From contig CAVURR010000014.1 of assembly GCA_963743955.1 (NCBI GenBank), forward strand, positions 241,081 to 305,080: a DNA stretch of 64,000 nucleotides. Reading direction: 5' to 3'. The position numbers and the translations under genes are program-made. Shown in pieces: positions 30,660 to 43,610 of the stretch. The notes below the pieces were generated by a model, which ran no database searches, had not been told where the DNA came from, and saw only the letters and a program-made list of their open reading frames with translations. This stretch comes from an uncultured Iamiaceae bacterium (lineage in GTDB: Bacteria; Actinomycetota; Acidimicrobiia; Acidimicrobiales; Iamiaceae). How positions within the stretch are numbered: the first letter of the stretch is position 1; the number at the start of each line of letters is the position of its first letter.

Positions 30660-32782
30660 ATGGCTCTGGACGAGATCGGCATCCCGTTGGTCGTGCTGGG
30701 GGTGGTGGTCCTGCTGCTGCTCCTCGTCGTGCTCCGCAGCTTCCACTCCATCGGCCCGTCCGAGGTCGGGTTGGTCACCAAGCGGGTCGGCCGGAAGCTC
30801 GAGGGCGACCAGCTCATCGCACTGCGGGGCGAGGCCGGGTACCAGGCCGACCTGCTGATGCCCGGGCTGCGCTTCAAGGTGTGGCCGGTGTTCAACGTCG
30901 AGAGGTTCGACTGGGTGCAGGTGCCGCCCGACCACGTCGGGCTGGTCATCGCCCAGGTCGGTGCCGCCCTGCCCACGGGCGCCAAGTCGGCGGTCTACCG
31001 ACCCGAGTTCGGGAGCTTCTCCGACGCCCGGGCCTTCCTGTCCGATGGCGGCATGCGGGGCGTGCAGCGTCCGGTGCTGCCCCCGGGCACGACCGCGCCG
31101 ATCCACCCGGTGGGCTTCATCGTCCTCACCAGCTCCGCGACCTTCGGCAAGGTGATCTCCGACGCGACCCAGGCGGCGATCTCGCAGGTCGACCCGGCGT
31201 CGCTCCGCGTCGTGCAGATCACGCCGCAGGGCGACCGCGACGTCGTCGGCGTGGTCACCACCCTCGAGGGACCGCCGTCGGGCGACATCGCCAGCCGGAT
31301 CGGCGGCTTCGACGACGTGACCCGCATGCAGGCCTCCGACGGCTCGCCGACCCAGGTGATCCAGGCGGTGCTGCGCGCCAAGAACGGCCTCCACGACAAC
31401 TACCAGGACTACCAGGCGTTCCTCGCCAACGGGGGCTGCATCGGCCTCCAGCACGACCCGCTGCTCTACGGCTCGTACCTCCTCAACCCGTTCCTGGTGA
31501 AGGTCGAGCTCCGCGAGATGCTCGTCGTCCGCCAGGGCGAGGTCGCGGTCATCAAGTCGTACGTCGGCCTGCCCACCGAGGACACCTCCGGCGAGGAGTT
31601 CAAGTTCGGCTCGATCGTCGAGCCCGGCCACCAGGGCATCTGGTCCGAGCCGCTGCGCACGGGCAAGTACACGCTCAACCCGCGCATCTACGAGGCCGAG
31701 ATCGTGCCGACCTCGATCCTCACCCTCAACTGGTCGCACGTCACCAGCGAGGCCCACAGCCTCGACGCCCGGCTGGCGCCGATCGACGCCAAGAGCAAGG
31801 AGGCGTTCGCCTTCAGCATCGACCTCCAGGTGCAGATCCACGTGCCCGACACGCGGGCGCCGAAGGTCATCAGCATGGTGGGCACCATGGCCAACCTCGT
31901 GAACGAGGTGCTGCAGTCGGCGGTCGGCAACTACTTCCGCAACAAGCTCCAGACCCTCGGCGCGACGGAGTTCATCGAACGGCGCGACGAGGTGCAGAGC
32001 GCGGCGGAGAGCTACATCCAGCAGTACCTGTCCCGCTACGAGGTCGAGACCCGTGGCGTCTACATCCAGGACGTGGTCTTCCCGCCCGACCTGGTCGAGG
32101 TGCTGACCAGCCGTGAGATCGCGGCCCAGGAGCGAGCGACGTTCGCCCAGCAGCGCGCCGCGCAGGAGGCGCGCGTCAGCCTCGAGCAGCAGCGTGGCGT
32201 CGCCGACATGCAGGCGTCGCTGGCCGAGGCCAACGTGTCGGTCGACATCGAGCGCTCGCGCGCCGAGGCGGCCAAGGCCCGCGCCCAGGGCGAGGCGGCC
32301 GTGATCACCACCACCGGCGAGGCCGAGGCGACCCGGACCCGGGCCATCGGCTCGGCCAGCGCATCGGCCGAGGAGGCCCTGGGCCTGGCCCGGGCCAAGG
32401 GCTTCGACGCCCAGCGGCGGGCGATCGGTGCCGAGCAGACGGCACTCGTGGCAGCCCTGCGGGAGGTCGGAGCCGGCCACGTCAAGATCGTCCCCGACGT
32501 GCAGGTCGGCGGAGACAGCGGGGTGATCGGCGGGCTGGGAGCCCTCCTCATGCGCAACCTCGCGTCACCCGATGGCGGCTCCCTCCTGGCCACCGCGACC
32601 GGAGACGCCAACGGGAGCGGCAACGGGAGTGGCAGCGGTCGCGGTCCCGCGCCGGATCCGGAGCCGGAGGTCGCCGAGAGGAGGAGGAGGAGGTCGGCGA
32701 CGCGGTCGACGCGACGGCCGCTCCCGTCGCAACCGACGCCCCGCCTCTGCCCGCCACCGCGGACCCGCAGTCCGAGGAGTGA
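30660..32782 (+). CDS. SPFH/band-7 (flotillin/YqiK-like) membrane protein, ~707 aa, with a coiled-coil and poly-Glu/acidic tail (one apparent frameshift near 32675 in a GAG repeat)
   Basis: N-terminal TM LVVLGVVVLLLLLVVL, then IGPSEVGLVTKRVGRKL and a band-7 core. Long Ala/Glu/Arg helix (AQQRAAQEARVSLEQQRG...). True stop TGA 32780-32782 in the shifted frame gives tail EEEEEVGDAVDATAAPVATDAPPLPATADPQSEE. Confidence 0.75.
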
Positions 32783-32810
32783 CGAGGAGCCGCGACGCCG
32801 GGTTGCCCGG

Positions 32811-34173
32811 CTAGGGGGCGGCGGGGAGGTGGATGACGACGCGGAGGCCGCGGTCGGGCGCGTCGGTCAGCGCCATCGCGCCGCCGGAGTCCGCGACGAG
32901 GGCGGTGGCGATGGCCAGGCCGAGGCCGCTCCCGGGGGTCGAGGCGTCGCCTCGCCAGAAGCGTCGGACGGCGCGCTCCTTGTCGTCGTCGTCGAGACCG
33001 GGGCCCTCGTCGGCGACTGCGAGCTCGTGCTCGGCAGGACCGGGCGTGAGCTCGATCCGCACGGTGCCGCGGTCGGGGCTGGCCCGCAGCGCGTTGTCGA
33101 GGAGGTTGTCGAGCACCTGCTCGACGGCACCGGGCACGGCGCTGGCCGTGACCACCCCGGTCGGCGGCGCGACCAGGTCGATGGTGATGCCACGCTCGTC
33201 GGCGATGGCGGACCACATGTCGGCCCGCTCGACGACCAGCGCACGCAGGTCGACCTCGGCGGCGGGCGCGTGCTCGTCGGCCCGGGCGAGCTGGAGCAGG
33301 TCGGACACCGAGCGCGGCGAGGCGGTCGCTCTCGTCGATGACGGCGTCGAGCTCGGCCCCCTGGTCGGCGGGCACGCGGGTCTGGAGGTTCTCGAGGCGG
33401 AGGCGCAGGGCGGTGAGGGGCGTGCGCAGCTGGTGGGAGGCGTCGGCGACGAAGGCGCGCTGCTCGTCGATCAGCGCGCCGAGTCGGATCGCCATGGTGT
33501 CCATCGCCTCGGCGAGCTCGCGGATCTCCGGCGGTCCGAGCACCGGTTCGGGGTCGACGGCGAGGTCGCCGCTCGAGTACCGGGTCGCGCTGTCCCGGAG
33601 GCGGCGGATCGGACGGGTGACGGAGCGGGCGAGGGCCCATCCGACCAGCCCGACGACGGCGGTGGTGAGGACGGCGACGCCGGCCAGGGCGGCCCAGAAG
33701 CGCTGGATCCGACGGTCGACGCTGCTGGCGTCGAGCGTGACCCGCAGCGCGCCGTGGACCACCCCGCCCGACGCCACCGGCACCGCGACGTAGAGCAGGG
33801 ACGTGTCCAGGGTCTCGGAGCGCCGGATGCCGGTGGCCCGCGCGCCGGTCAGCGCGGTCGCGATCTCCGGTCGGGTCGAGAAGTCCCGGGGCGTCGCGGC
33901 GTCGGTGTCGACCAGCGAGATGCCGGCATCGTCGACGAGCACGACGCGGGCACCGGTGCGGGCCTGGTAGCGCTCGGCCGCCGTGGGGTCGGGGGTGCGG
34001 TCCCGCTCGAGGTCGTCCTCGTAGATCGTGGCGATCACGGTGGCGTCGCGCTCGACGTCGGTGATGAGCCGGTCGCGCTCCCGCTGGGCGTAGAAGATGC
34101 CGAGCGGCACCTCGAGCATGGCCAGCACGACGAGGGTGATGGCCAGGTAGCTCAGCAGGAGGCGGCGGGTCAT
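32811..34173 (-). CDS. sensor histidine kinase (one apparent frameshift near 33310)
   Basis: Two TM helices, HAMP, H-box FVADASHQLRTPLTALR; HATPase_c (LDNLLDNALRASP, GSGLGLAI) in the adjacent frame. ATGA overlap with the response-regulator stop. Confidence 0.75.
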
Positions 34174-34838
34174 GGGCCGTCGGGGACGTTGAGCCGGTAG
34201 CCGACCGAGCGGACGGTCTCGATGAGGTCGGGTCGGAGCTTCTTGCGCAGCGACGCGACGTGCACGTCGAGGGTCTTGGTCGATCCCCACCAGTTCTCGT
34301 CCCAGACGTCGTGCATGAGCTGCTCCCGGCTCCGCACCGCACCCGGGTCCTCGCCCAGGCACACGAGCAGGTCGAACTCCTTGGGTGACAGGGCGATCGG
34401 CCGTCCGCCGTGCACGACCGTCCGGGTGCGGCGGTCGACGACGAGATCGCCGACCTCGATGCGCGACGAGGGCGTGGCGGTGCCCTCCGTCGAGGCCCGG
34501 CGCAGGACGGCCCGGATGCGCGCCACCAGCTCGCGGAACCCGAACGGCTTCACGACGTAGTCGTCGGCACCGAGCTCGAGCAGCGTCACCCGGTCGATCT
34601 CGGCGCCTCGGGCCGAGACGACGATGATCGGGACGGGCCCGCGCGACCGCAGCTCCTGGCAGACGACCCGACCCTCGAGGTCGGGCAGGCCGAGGTCGAG
34701 CAGGACGAGGTCGGCGGGCCCGGCCGCGAGGGCGGCGGCGCCGGTCGCGGCGTGGTCGACGTCGAAGCCCTCGCGCCGCAGCCCCTCGACGAGCGGGCCG
34801 GTGATGGTGGGGTCGTCCTCGACGAGCAGCAGGCGCAC
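34170..34838 (-). CDS. OmpR-family response regulator
   Basis: RLLLVEDDP...LLDLGLPD...winged-helix RSVGYRL; GTG start. Confidence 0.85.
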   Translation of the reverse strand: MRLLLVEDDPTITGPLVEGLRREGFDVDHAATGAAALAAGPADLVLLDLGLPDLEGRVVCQELRSRGPVPIIVVSARGAEIDRVTLLELGADDYVVKPFGFRELVARIRAVLRRASTEGTATPSSRIEVGDLVVDRRTRTVVHGGRPIALSPKEFDLLVCLGEDPGAVRSREQLMHDVWDENWWGSTKTLDVHVASLRKKLRPDLIETVRSVGYRLNVPDGP

Positions 34839-34930
34839 CGCGGCAGCGTGGCACGACGCGCGGTCCACCAGCGGGTTCCTTGCCAAACCCTTGCCTTGGC
34901 CGGCCCTGCTGCTGACCCGGCCATCCGTAC

Positions 34931-35654
34931 GGTCGGGGACATGACCAGCACCCCGTCCCCCTCCCGACTCAGTGGCCGGACCCGGATCATCACCGTGGCC
35001 TCGATCGGCGCCGTGAGCGTCGCCAGCCTCTTCGCCATCGGCGCCAACCTCGGCATCCTCACCCGAGCCGACCAGAGCGACCTGGGCACGATGTCCGCCG
35101 CCAGCGACCTCGTCCCCGTCGACTCCCGCGTGGTCGACGTCTACCTCGACGAGCAGGGGAACCCGGTGGGCACCAGCGCCACCGACCCCACCGGAGCCCA
35201 GCGCTTCACCGTGGACGCCGCGGGCACCGTCGACGTGTCGGTCGGGGCGACCGCGCCGGTCATCGACCGCATCGACGCCGCCGCCGGGTGGTCCGCCGGT
35301 CCGGTGACGACGACCGGCGGTCGGGTGGCCGTCACCTTCACCGACGGCACCAGGACCCTGCACTTCGCCGCATCCCTCGCCGCCGACGGCACGATCGTCG
35401 CCGACGTCACCGAGACCACCGGTGGTGCGGCCAGGGCCTCCGGTCCGGCGAGCGGGTCCTCCGGTGCCGCGACCGCGGACCGACCGGCCACCCCGGCCGG
35501 GAGCGGGACCGGGAGCGGGAGCGGGACCGACGATGATCAGGACGAGTGGGACGACGACTCCGACGACCACGAGGACGAGGACTCCGACGACCACGAGGAC
35601 TCCGAGGACCACGAGGACGAGGACGAGTACGAGGGCGGTGACTCCGATGACTGA
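34931..35654 (+). CDS. N-terminally anchored extracytoplasmic protein with an Asp/Glu/His-rich C-terminal tail
   Basis: Signal-anchor ITVASIGAVSVASLFAIGANLGIL; beta-rich middle with DVSVGATAP; tail DDDQDEWDDDSDDHEDEDSDDHEDSEDHEDEDEYEGGDSDD. Confidence 0.55.
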
Positions 35655-36177
35655 CCAGCCCGACGCCGCCCCCACCTCGGCCCCGACCCCCCCACTCGCG
35701 CCGACGTCCGACCCGGCCGCGGCCGAGGCCCGACGAGCCCGGGTCGAGGGGCTGGCCAAGGCCCGCAGCGGCACACGCCGCCGCCACCCCGCCCAGGGGG
35801 CCCGGATCGCGGCGGCCGGGCTCGGCGCCACCGCCATGCTGGGCCTGGTCGGGGCCATGGGCTACCGCGAGGCCCCGGCCCCGGCCTCGACCGCCGCGCC
35901 GGCCCCGACGACCCCCGTCCCGCCGCCGGTGGTGGTCGTGGTCCACCACCCCGCGACGACCGACCCGGTCGCGACCCCCACGCCCACCGCACCCGCGGCC
36001 GCGACCGTCCTGACCGCCCGACCCGTCGCCCCGGCCCCCTCCCGCTCCACCACCGGCGCCACCTCCCGGCCCACCGTCCGCCCGGCGCCCTCGCAGTCCC
36101 AGACCCCAGCCCAGGCCGGGTCACCCGCCCCGGCCCCGACCCCGGCCCCGGCCGCGTCGACCAGTGGCAGTCGCTGA
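35647..36177 (+). CDS. Pro/Ala/Thr-rich single-TM membrane protein with a TGATS motif
   Basis: ATG overlaps the upstream stop; TM IAAAGLGATAMLGLVGAMG; extracytoplasmic PAPT repeats containing RSTTGATSRP. Confidence 0.45.
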   Translation: MTDQPDAAPTSAPTPPLAPTSDPAAAEARRARVEGLAKARSGTRRRHPAQGARIAAAGLGATAMLGLVGAMGYREAPAPASTAAPAPTTPVPPPVVVVVHHPATTDPVATPTPTAPAAATVLTARPVAPAPSRSTTGATSRPTVRPAPSQSQTPAQAGSPAPAPTPAPAASTSGSR

Positions 36178-37100
36178 GCACCGCGGCACGGCGATGGCGT
36201 GCGGGCTGCACGTCCTCGTCAACGGACCCGTCGATGCCGATCAGGCCGACGGGGCCGTCGACCTGATCCGTCGGCTCGAGGCCCTCTGGAGCCGCTTCCT
36301 CCCTCGACAGCGACATCACCCGCATCAACGACGCCGCCGGAGCGCCGGTGCCGGTCGCCCCGGAGACGGTCGCACTGGTCGAGGCCATGCAGGAGGCCTG
36401 GGACCTGACCCAGGGCCGCTTCGACCCCACGATCCTGCCCGCCCTGGTGGCCCACGGCTACGCCGCCAGCCGGGTCGATCGGACCGCGACCACCGTCCTC
36501 CCCCCGGGCCCGCACCGCATCGGGGCCATGGACGAGGTCACCGTGGACCCCGACCGGGGCACGGTGATGGTCCCACCGGGCGTCGCGCTCGACCCCGGTG
36601 GCATCGGCAAGGGCCTCGCCGCCGACGCCGCGGTCTCCCACCTCCTCGACGGTGGCGCGACCGGGGCCCTGGTGGGCATCGGCGGCGACCTCGCCGCGTC
36701 CGGCCGCGCCCCGGACCCCGAGGGTTGGCGGGTCGACGTCGAGCGCCCCCACCCGACCGACACCCCACTGGTGCGGGCGGCCATCGACCACGGCGGCGTC
36801 GCCACCTCGAGCACCCGCTCCCGCACCTGGGACCACGACGGTCGGGTCCACCACCACGCCATCGACCCGGTCACGGGCACGCAGTCCGACACCGACATCG
36901 CCGCGGTGACGGTGGTCGCGGCGAGCGGCTGGCGCGCCGAGGCGTTCGCCACCGCCGCCCTCCTCGCCGGCGGCAGCTCGGTGATCGCCTTCCTGGACAG
37001 CCACGACCTCAGCGGGCTCGCCGTCACCGACGACGGCACGCTCCTCCGCACCGACGACCTCCTCGACCTCGAGGTCCTCACCGAGGTCGGCGCCCGGTGA
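36164..37100 (+). CDS. apbE: ApbE family FAD:protein FMN transferase (one apparent frameshift near 36295)
   Basis: N-term MACGLHVLVNGPVDADQADGAVDLIRRLEALWSRF, then DSDITRINDAAG...ALDPGGIGKGLAAD...THHAIDPVTG in the adjacent frame. Confidence 0.75.
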
Positions 37101-37699
37101 ACGGCGCGTTCTGGTGGTACGTCGCCCGGGCATCGGGCATCGTGGCCTGGCTCCTGCTCACCGCGTCGGTCCTGTGGGGCATCGTCCTGGCGACCAAGGC
37201 CTTCCCCGAGCACCGCCGCCCGGCCTGGCTGCTCGACCTGCACCGCTGGCTCGGTGGCCTCACCGTCGCCTTCGTGGCCGTCCACCTGCTCGCCCTGGTC
37301 GCCGACAGCTACACCACCTTCACCCTCGCCGACCTCGCCATCCCGTACTCCTCCGACTGGAAGCCGGGCGCCGTCGCCCTCGGCGTGGTCGCCGCCTGGT
37401 CCCTGGTCGCCGTCGAGGCCACCTCCCTCGCCATGAAGCGCCTCCCCCGGAGGGTCTGGCACGGCATCCACCTCGTCAGCTACCTCACCTTCTGGCTCAC
37501 GACGCTCCACGCCGCCTTCGCCGGCACCGACCGGTCCCGGGGCCTCTACCAGGTCACCGCAGTGATCTCCATCGCCGCCGTCGGCTGGGCGGTGGTCTAC
37601 CGGTTGACCCACCGGAAGCCGGTCCGCCGACGCGGCCCGGCCCCCCAGGGCGGCGAGGTCGCACGCACCCCGTCCGCCACGGCCTCCGCCTCACGATGA
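37097..37699 (+). CDS. ferric-reductase-like transmembrane domain protein (di-heme b-type cytochrome, MsrQ/YedZ-like)
   Basis: GTG overlapping the ApbE stop. Six hydrophobic helices with conserved His in HRWLGGLTVAFVAVHLLALV and HGIHLVSYLTFWLTTLHAAF. Confidence 0.65.
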   Translation: MNGAFWWYVARASGIVAWLLLTASVLWGIVLATKAFPEHRRPAWLLDLHRWLGGLTVAFVAVHLLALVADSYTTFTLADLAIPYSSDWKPGAVALGVVAAWSLVAVEATSLAMKRLPRRVWHGIHLVSYLTFWLTTLHAAFAGTDRSRGLYQVTAVISIAAVGWAVVYRLTHRKPVRRRGPAPQGGEVARTPSATASASR

Positions 37700-37709
37700 C
37701 GTTCGGCCC

Positions 37710-40121
<2,412 letters not shown>

Positions 40122-40167
40122 CCTAGGACCCTTGGCAGGGGCCGAACCGGGTGGGACGCTGACACCG

Positions 40168-41088
40168 ATGGCATCGATCCCGCTCCAGACGGTCACCCTC
40201 CACGGCCACGAGGTCAGCTACCGGATGGGTGGTGACGGGCCGGCGGTCCTCCTGATCCATGGCATGGCGGGTTCGTCGCGCACGTGGAAGGACGTCACCG
40301 ACCTCCTGGTCCGCGACGGCCACACGGTCGTGGCCCCCGACCTGCTGGGCCACGGTCTCTCGGCCAAGCCGATGGGCGACTACTCGCTGGGGGCCTTCGC
40401 CAGCGGCCTGCGCGACCTGCTCGGGGTGCTCAAGGTCGAGCGGGCGACGATCGTGGGCCAGTCCCTCGGCGGCGGTGTGGCGATGCAGCTCGCCTACCAG
40501 CATCCCGAGCTGGTGGAGCGACTCGTCCTCGTCGGCAGCGGAGGGCTCGGACGGGAGGTCAGCTGGATGCTGCGGGCGCTCACCCTCCCCGGGGCCGAGC
40601 TGGTGATGCCGCTGCTGTTCCCGTCGTTCGTGCGCGATCGGGGCAACGCGGTGAGCCGCATCCTCCACGACCGGGGCCTCCGCGCTCCCCACGTCGCCGA
40701 GATGTGGCGGGCCTACGCCTCCCTCGCAGGGGCGGAGAACCGGGGCGCGTTCCTCCGCACCCTCCGGGCCGTCGTGGATCCCGGCGGCCAGACCGTCTCG
40801 GCCCTCGACCGCCTCTACCTCGCCTCCGCGGTGCCGACCCTCATCGTCTGGGGCGACCAGGATCCGATCATCCCCCTGGACCACGGTCGAGCCGCCCACG
40901 AGGCCATCGCCGGGAGCCGGTTCGAGGTGCTGGAGGGCTGTGGCCACTTCCCGCACGTCGAGGACCCGGTCCGGTTCGTCGAGGTGCTCGAGGACTTCAT
41001 CGCCACCACCGAGCCCGCCCACGCCGACCCGGCCGACTTCCGCGACCTGCTCGCGGCCCGGGCGGAGAGCGCGGCCTCGGTCGCCTGA
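40168..41088 (+). CDS. alpha/beta hydrolase fold protein
   Basis: Intact 306 aa. LLIHGMAGSS, GQSLGGGV nucleophile elbow, C-terminal GCGHFPHVE. Confidence 0.8.
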   Translation: MASIPLQTVTLHGHEVSYRMGGDGPAVLLIHGMAGSSRTWKDVTDLLVRDGHTVVAPDLLGHGLSAKPMGDYSLGAFASGLRDLLGVLKVERATIVGQSLGGGVAMQLAYQHPELVERLVLVGSGGLGREVSWMLRALTLPGAELVMPLLFPSFVRDRGNAVSRILHDRGLRAPHVAEMWRAYASLAGAENRGAFLRTLRAVVDPGGQTVSALDRLYLASAVPTLIVWGDQDPIIPLDHGRAAHEAIAGSRFEVLEGCGHFPHVEDPVRFVEVLEDFIATTEPAHADPADFRDLLAARAESAASVA

Positions 41089-41097
41089 CCCGGCCGC

Positions 41098-43506
41098 TCA
41101 GGGCCGAGGGGGGACGGGGAAGGTCGCCTCGTCGCCCCGGTGGAGGGTGCGGGTCTCGTCTCCGACGTGGACGGTGATCTCGGCGTCACCGTCGATGCCG
41201 GGGACCTCGACCGTGACTCGGTCGCGGGAGACGGTGACGCGGACGAGCGTCCCCCTCACGTGGAGCGGGAACGCGATCTCGTCGAGCGCGGCGGGCAGGC
41301 GCGGCGAGATGGAGATCGTCCCGCCCTCGACCCTCACGCCCGCGTAGCGCGACTGCACGAGATCCAGGGTGCCGACCATCACCCCCAGGTGGATCCCCTC
41401 CTTCGTGGTCCCACCCTGGATGTCGCCGACGTCGCTCTCCAGCGCGACCAGGAACCGCTCCCACGACGTCTCGACGTCGATCTCGGCCAGCGCGGCGGCG
41501 TGGGTCACGAAGCTGAGGGTCGAGCCGTGCGACGTGCGGCGGTCGTAGTACTCGACGGTGCGCCGGACGAGCCCGTGGTCGTGGTCGTAGCCGAGACGGG
41601 AGAAGACCTCGGCCAGCTCGTGGGGGGCGAACAGGAAGAACAGCATCACCGCGTCGGCCTGCTTGCTGAGCTTGTAGCGGTCGGGGTCGTCGCCCTCGGC
41701 CCGGAGGATGCGGTCGAGCCGTTGGATGTTCCCGTAGCGGGCGCGGTACCCGTCCCAGTCGAGCTCCTCCAGGTCGCCGTAGCCGTCGAACTGGCTGATG
41801 ACGCCCTCGTGGAACGGGACGAACATGCGGCGGCTGATGTCGTCCCAGACGTCGAGCTCGTCATCGGTGAGCGCGAGCCGCTGCCGCAGCTCGCGGGCCC
41901 GCTCCTCGGCCAGCAGGGGCAGGACCTCGCCGGCGACCCGGCACAGCCACGCCACGACGACGTTCGTGTACGCGTTGTCGGGCAGCCCTGCCTTCGTCGC
42001 CCCCGGCACCTTCTCGTGGAACTCGTCGGGGCCCATCACCCCGTCGATGCGGTAGCGGCCGATGGCGGGATCGAAGTGGGCGACCGAGGCCCAGTAGCGG
42101 GCGATCTCCAAGAGCATCTCGGCGCCGTGGTCGCTGAGGAAGGCCCGGTCGCCGGTGGCGGTGACGTAGCGCCACACGTCGTGGAAGATCGCCGCTCCGA
42201 CGTGGCGTTGGTGGTGGCTGAGGTCGACGTCCCACCGTCCCGACAGCGGGTTGAGGTGCAGCCGCTGCGTCTCCTCGGTCCCCTCGCTCCCGCTCTGCCA
42301 CGGGAACATCGCCCCCCGGTGCCCGTCGGCGGCGGCCAAGGCTCGGGCCTCGGGCAGCCGTCGGAACCGGTACATCAGCAGGCCCCGGGCGACCTCCGGC
42401 AGGCGGAGGCTGAGGTAGGGCAGGACGAAGACCTCGTCCCAGAAGATGTGGCCCCGGTACGCCTCGCCGTTCAGGCCCCGGGCCGGCAGCCCCGCGTCGA
42501 GGTCGGCGGTGTGCCGGCTGCACACCTGCAGCAGGTGGGCGGTGTGCAGGCGCAGCAGCTGCTGGACGCGCTCGTCGCCGGTGACGCGCACGTCGCAGGC
42601 CTCCCAGAGCCCACGCCACGCGGTGGCGTGGCGGTCCCAGGCGGGAGCGAGGTCGAGGTAGCGCGCGGTGGAGCGGCTCGCCTTCTCCAGGGTGTCACCG
42701 ACCGCCGGGTCGCGCGACGTGGAGAAGGCGACCATCTTCTCGACACGGACCGCCTCCCCATCCTCCACCTCGACCTCGAGGACCTGCTGGATGTAGTCGG
42801 GCATCTGCGTGCTCGTGCGGGCGACGTCGACCGGCACGTCGTCCTTGAACACCCGGGTGCGGGCGGCCTGGCTGATGAACAGGTCCGACTGCCGGGTGCG
42901 GGCCTTGAGCGCGATGACCTCCGGACCCCAGACCTGGGGACCGACCGGCGAGAGGTGACGTCCGGCGAGCAGGCCGTACCGGGCCACGTTGCGGTTCAGG
43001 ACCCGACCGTCGATCGCCGACACGATCCGCACGAGCCCCGACCAACCCTCGGGGACCAGCGTCCACTCGATGCCGCCGTGGTGGGCGTCGGCCATGCTCA
43101 CGAAGCGACGGCTGCGGACCGACATCACCCGTCCGGCACGGTCGCGGAAGCGCACCTCGCGGTGCACCGTCGCATGGCGGATGTCGAGCGCGTGCCGGTA
43201 GGCGAGCACCTCGACGCCGGCCAGCCGGAGGGTGTCCCCGTCGCCGATGGCAAGCTGCAGCACGAGCCAGTTGGGGAGGTTGACGAGATCCTCGTTGAGG
43301 ACCGGTCGGCCGCCGAGGATCGCGGTCTCGCGGTTGTAGAACCCGTGGACGTACGTGCCGGGGTAGTGCACGTCGTCGGCGTCCTCCCACTCCGCGGTCC
43401 CCCGTGAGCAGAGGTAGCCGTTGCCGGTCGACGTGAGGGCTTCGCGGAGCCCTTCCTCCGCCGGGTCGAAGTGGTCCCACGCCAGGGTGAAGCCGTCCAC
43501 TCTCAC
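41098..43506 (-). CDS. GH65 family glycoside hydrolase / disaccharide phosphorylase (trehalose/maltose/kojibiose phosphorylase-like)
   Basis: Intact 802 aa. N-terminal beta-sandwich, catalytic (alpha/alpha)6 region with GHIFWDE, FPWQSGSEG and GTTKEGIHLG, typical of GH65. Confidence 0.85.
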   Translation of the reverse strand: MRVDGFTLAWDHFDPAEEGLREALTSTGNGYLCSRGTAEWEDADDVHYPGTYVHGFYNRETAILGGRPVLNEDLVNLPNWLVLQLAIGDGDTLRLAGVEVLAYRHALDIRHATVHREVRFRDRAGRVMSVRSRRFVSMADAHHGGIEWTLVPEGWSGLVRIVSAIDGRVLNRNVARYGLLAGRHLSPVGPQVWGPEVIALKARTRQSDLFISQAARTRVFKDDVPVDVARTSTQMPDYIQQVLEVEVEDGEAVRVEKMVAFSTSRDPAVGDTLEKASRSTARYLDLAPAWDRHATAWRGLWEACDVRVTGDERVQQLLRLHTAHLLQVCSRHTADLDAGLPARGLNGEAYRGHIFWDEVFVLPYLSLRLPEVARGLLMYRFRRLPEARALAAADGHRGAMFPWQSGSEGTEETQRLHLNPLSGRWDVDLSHHQRHVGAAIFHDVWRYVTATGDRAFLSDHGAEMLLEIARYWASVAHFDPAIGRYRIDGVMGPDEFHEKVPGATKAGLPDNAYTNVVVAWLCRVAGEVLPLLAEERARELRQRLALTDDELDVWDDISRRMFVPFHEGVISQFDGYGDLEELDWDGYRARYGNIQRLDRILRAEGDDPDRYKLSKQADAVMLFFLFAPHELAEVFSRLGYDHDHGLVRRTVEYYDRRTSHGSTLSFVTHAAALAEIDVETSWERFLVALESDVGDIQGGTTKEGIHLGVMVGTLDLVQSRYAGVRVEGGTISISPRLPAALDEIAFPLHVRGTLVRVTVSRDRVTVEVPGIDGDAEITVHVGDETRTLHRGDEATFPVPPRP

Positions 43507-43610
43507 CTCCTCGTCCGGCGTCGGGCCGTGTGCGGCCGGACCGCATGTTGGCGCGAAACGGGGGCGCGGGGGGTGATCAGCCCCGCGGTCTCGCCCCGCG
43601 GACCGCTACG

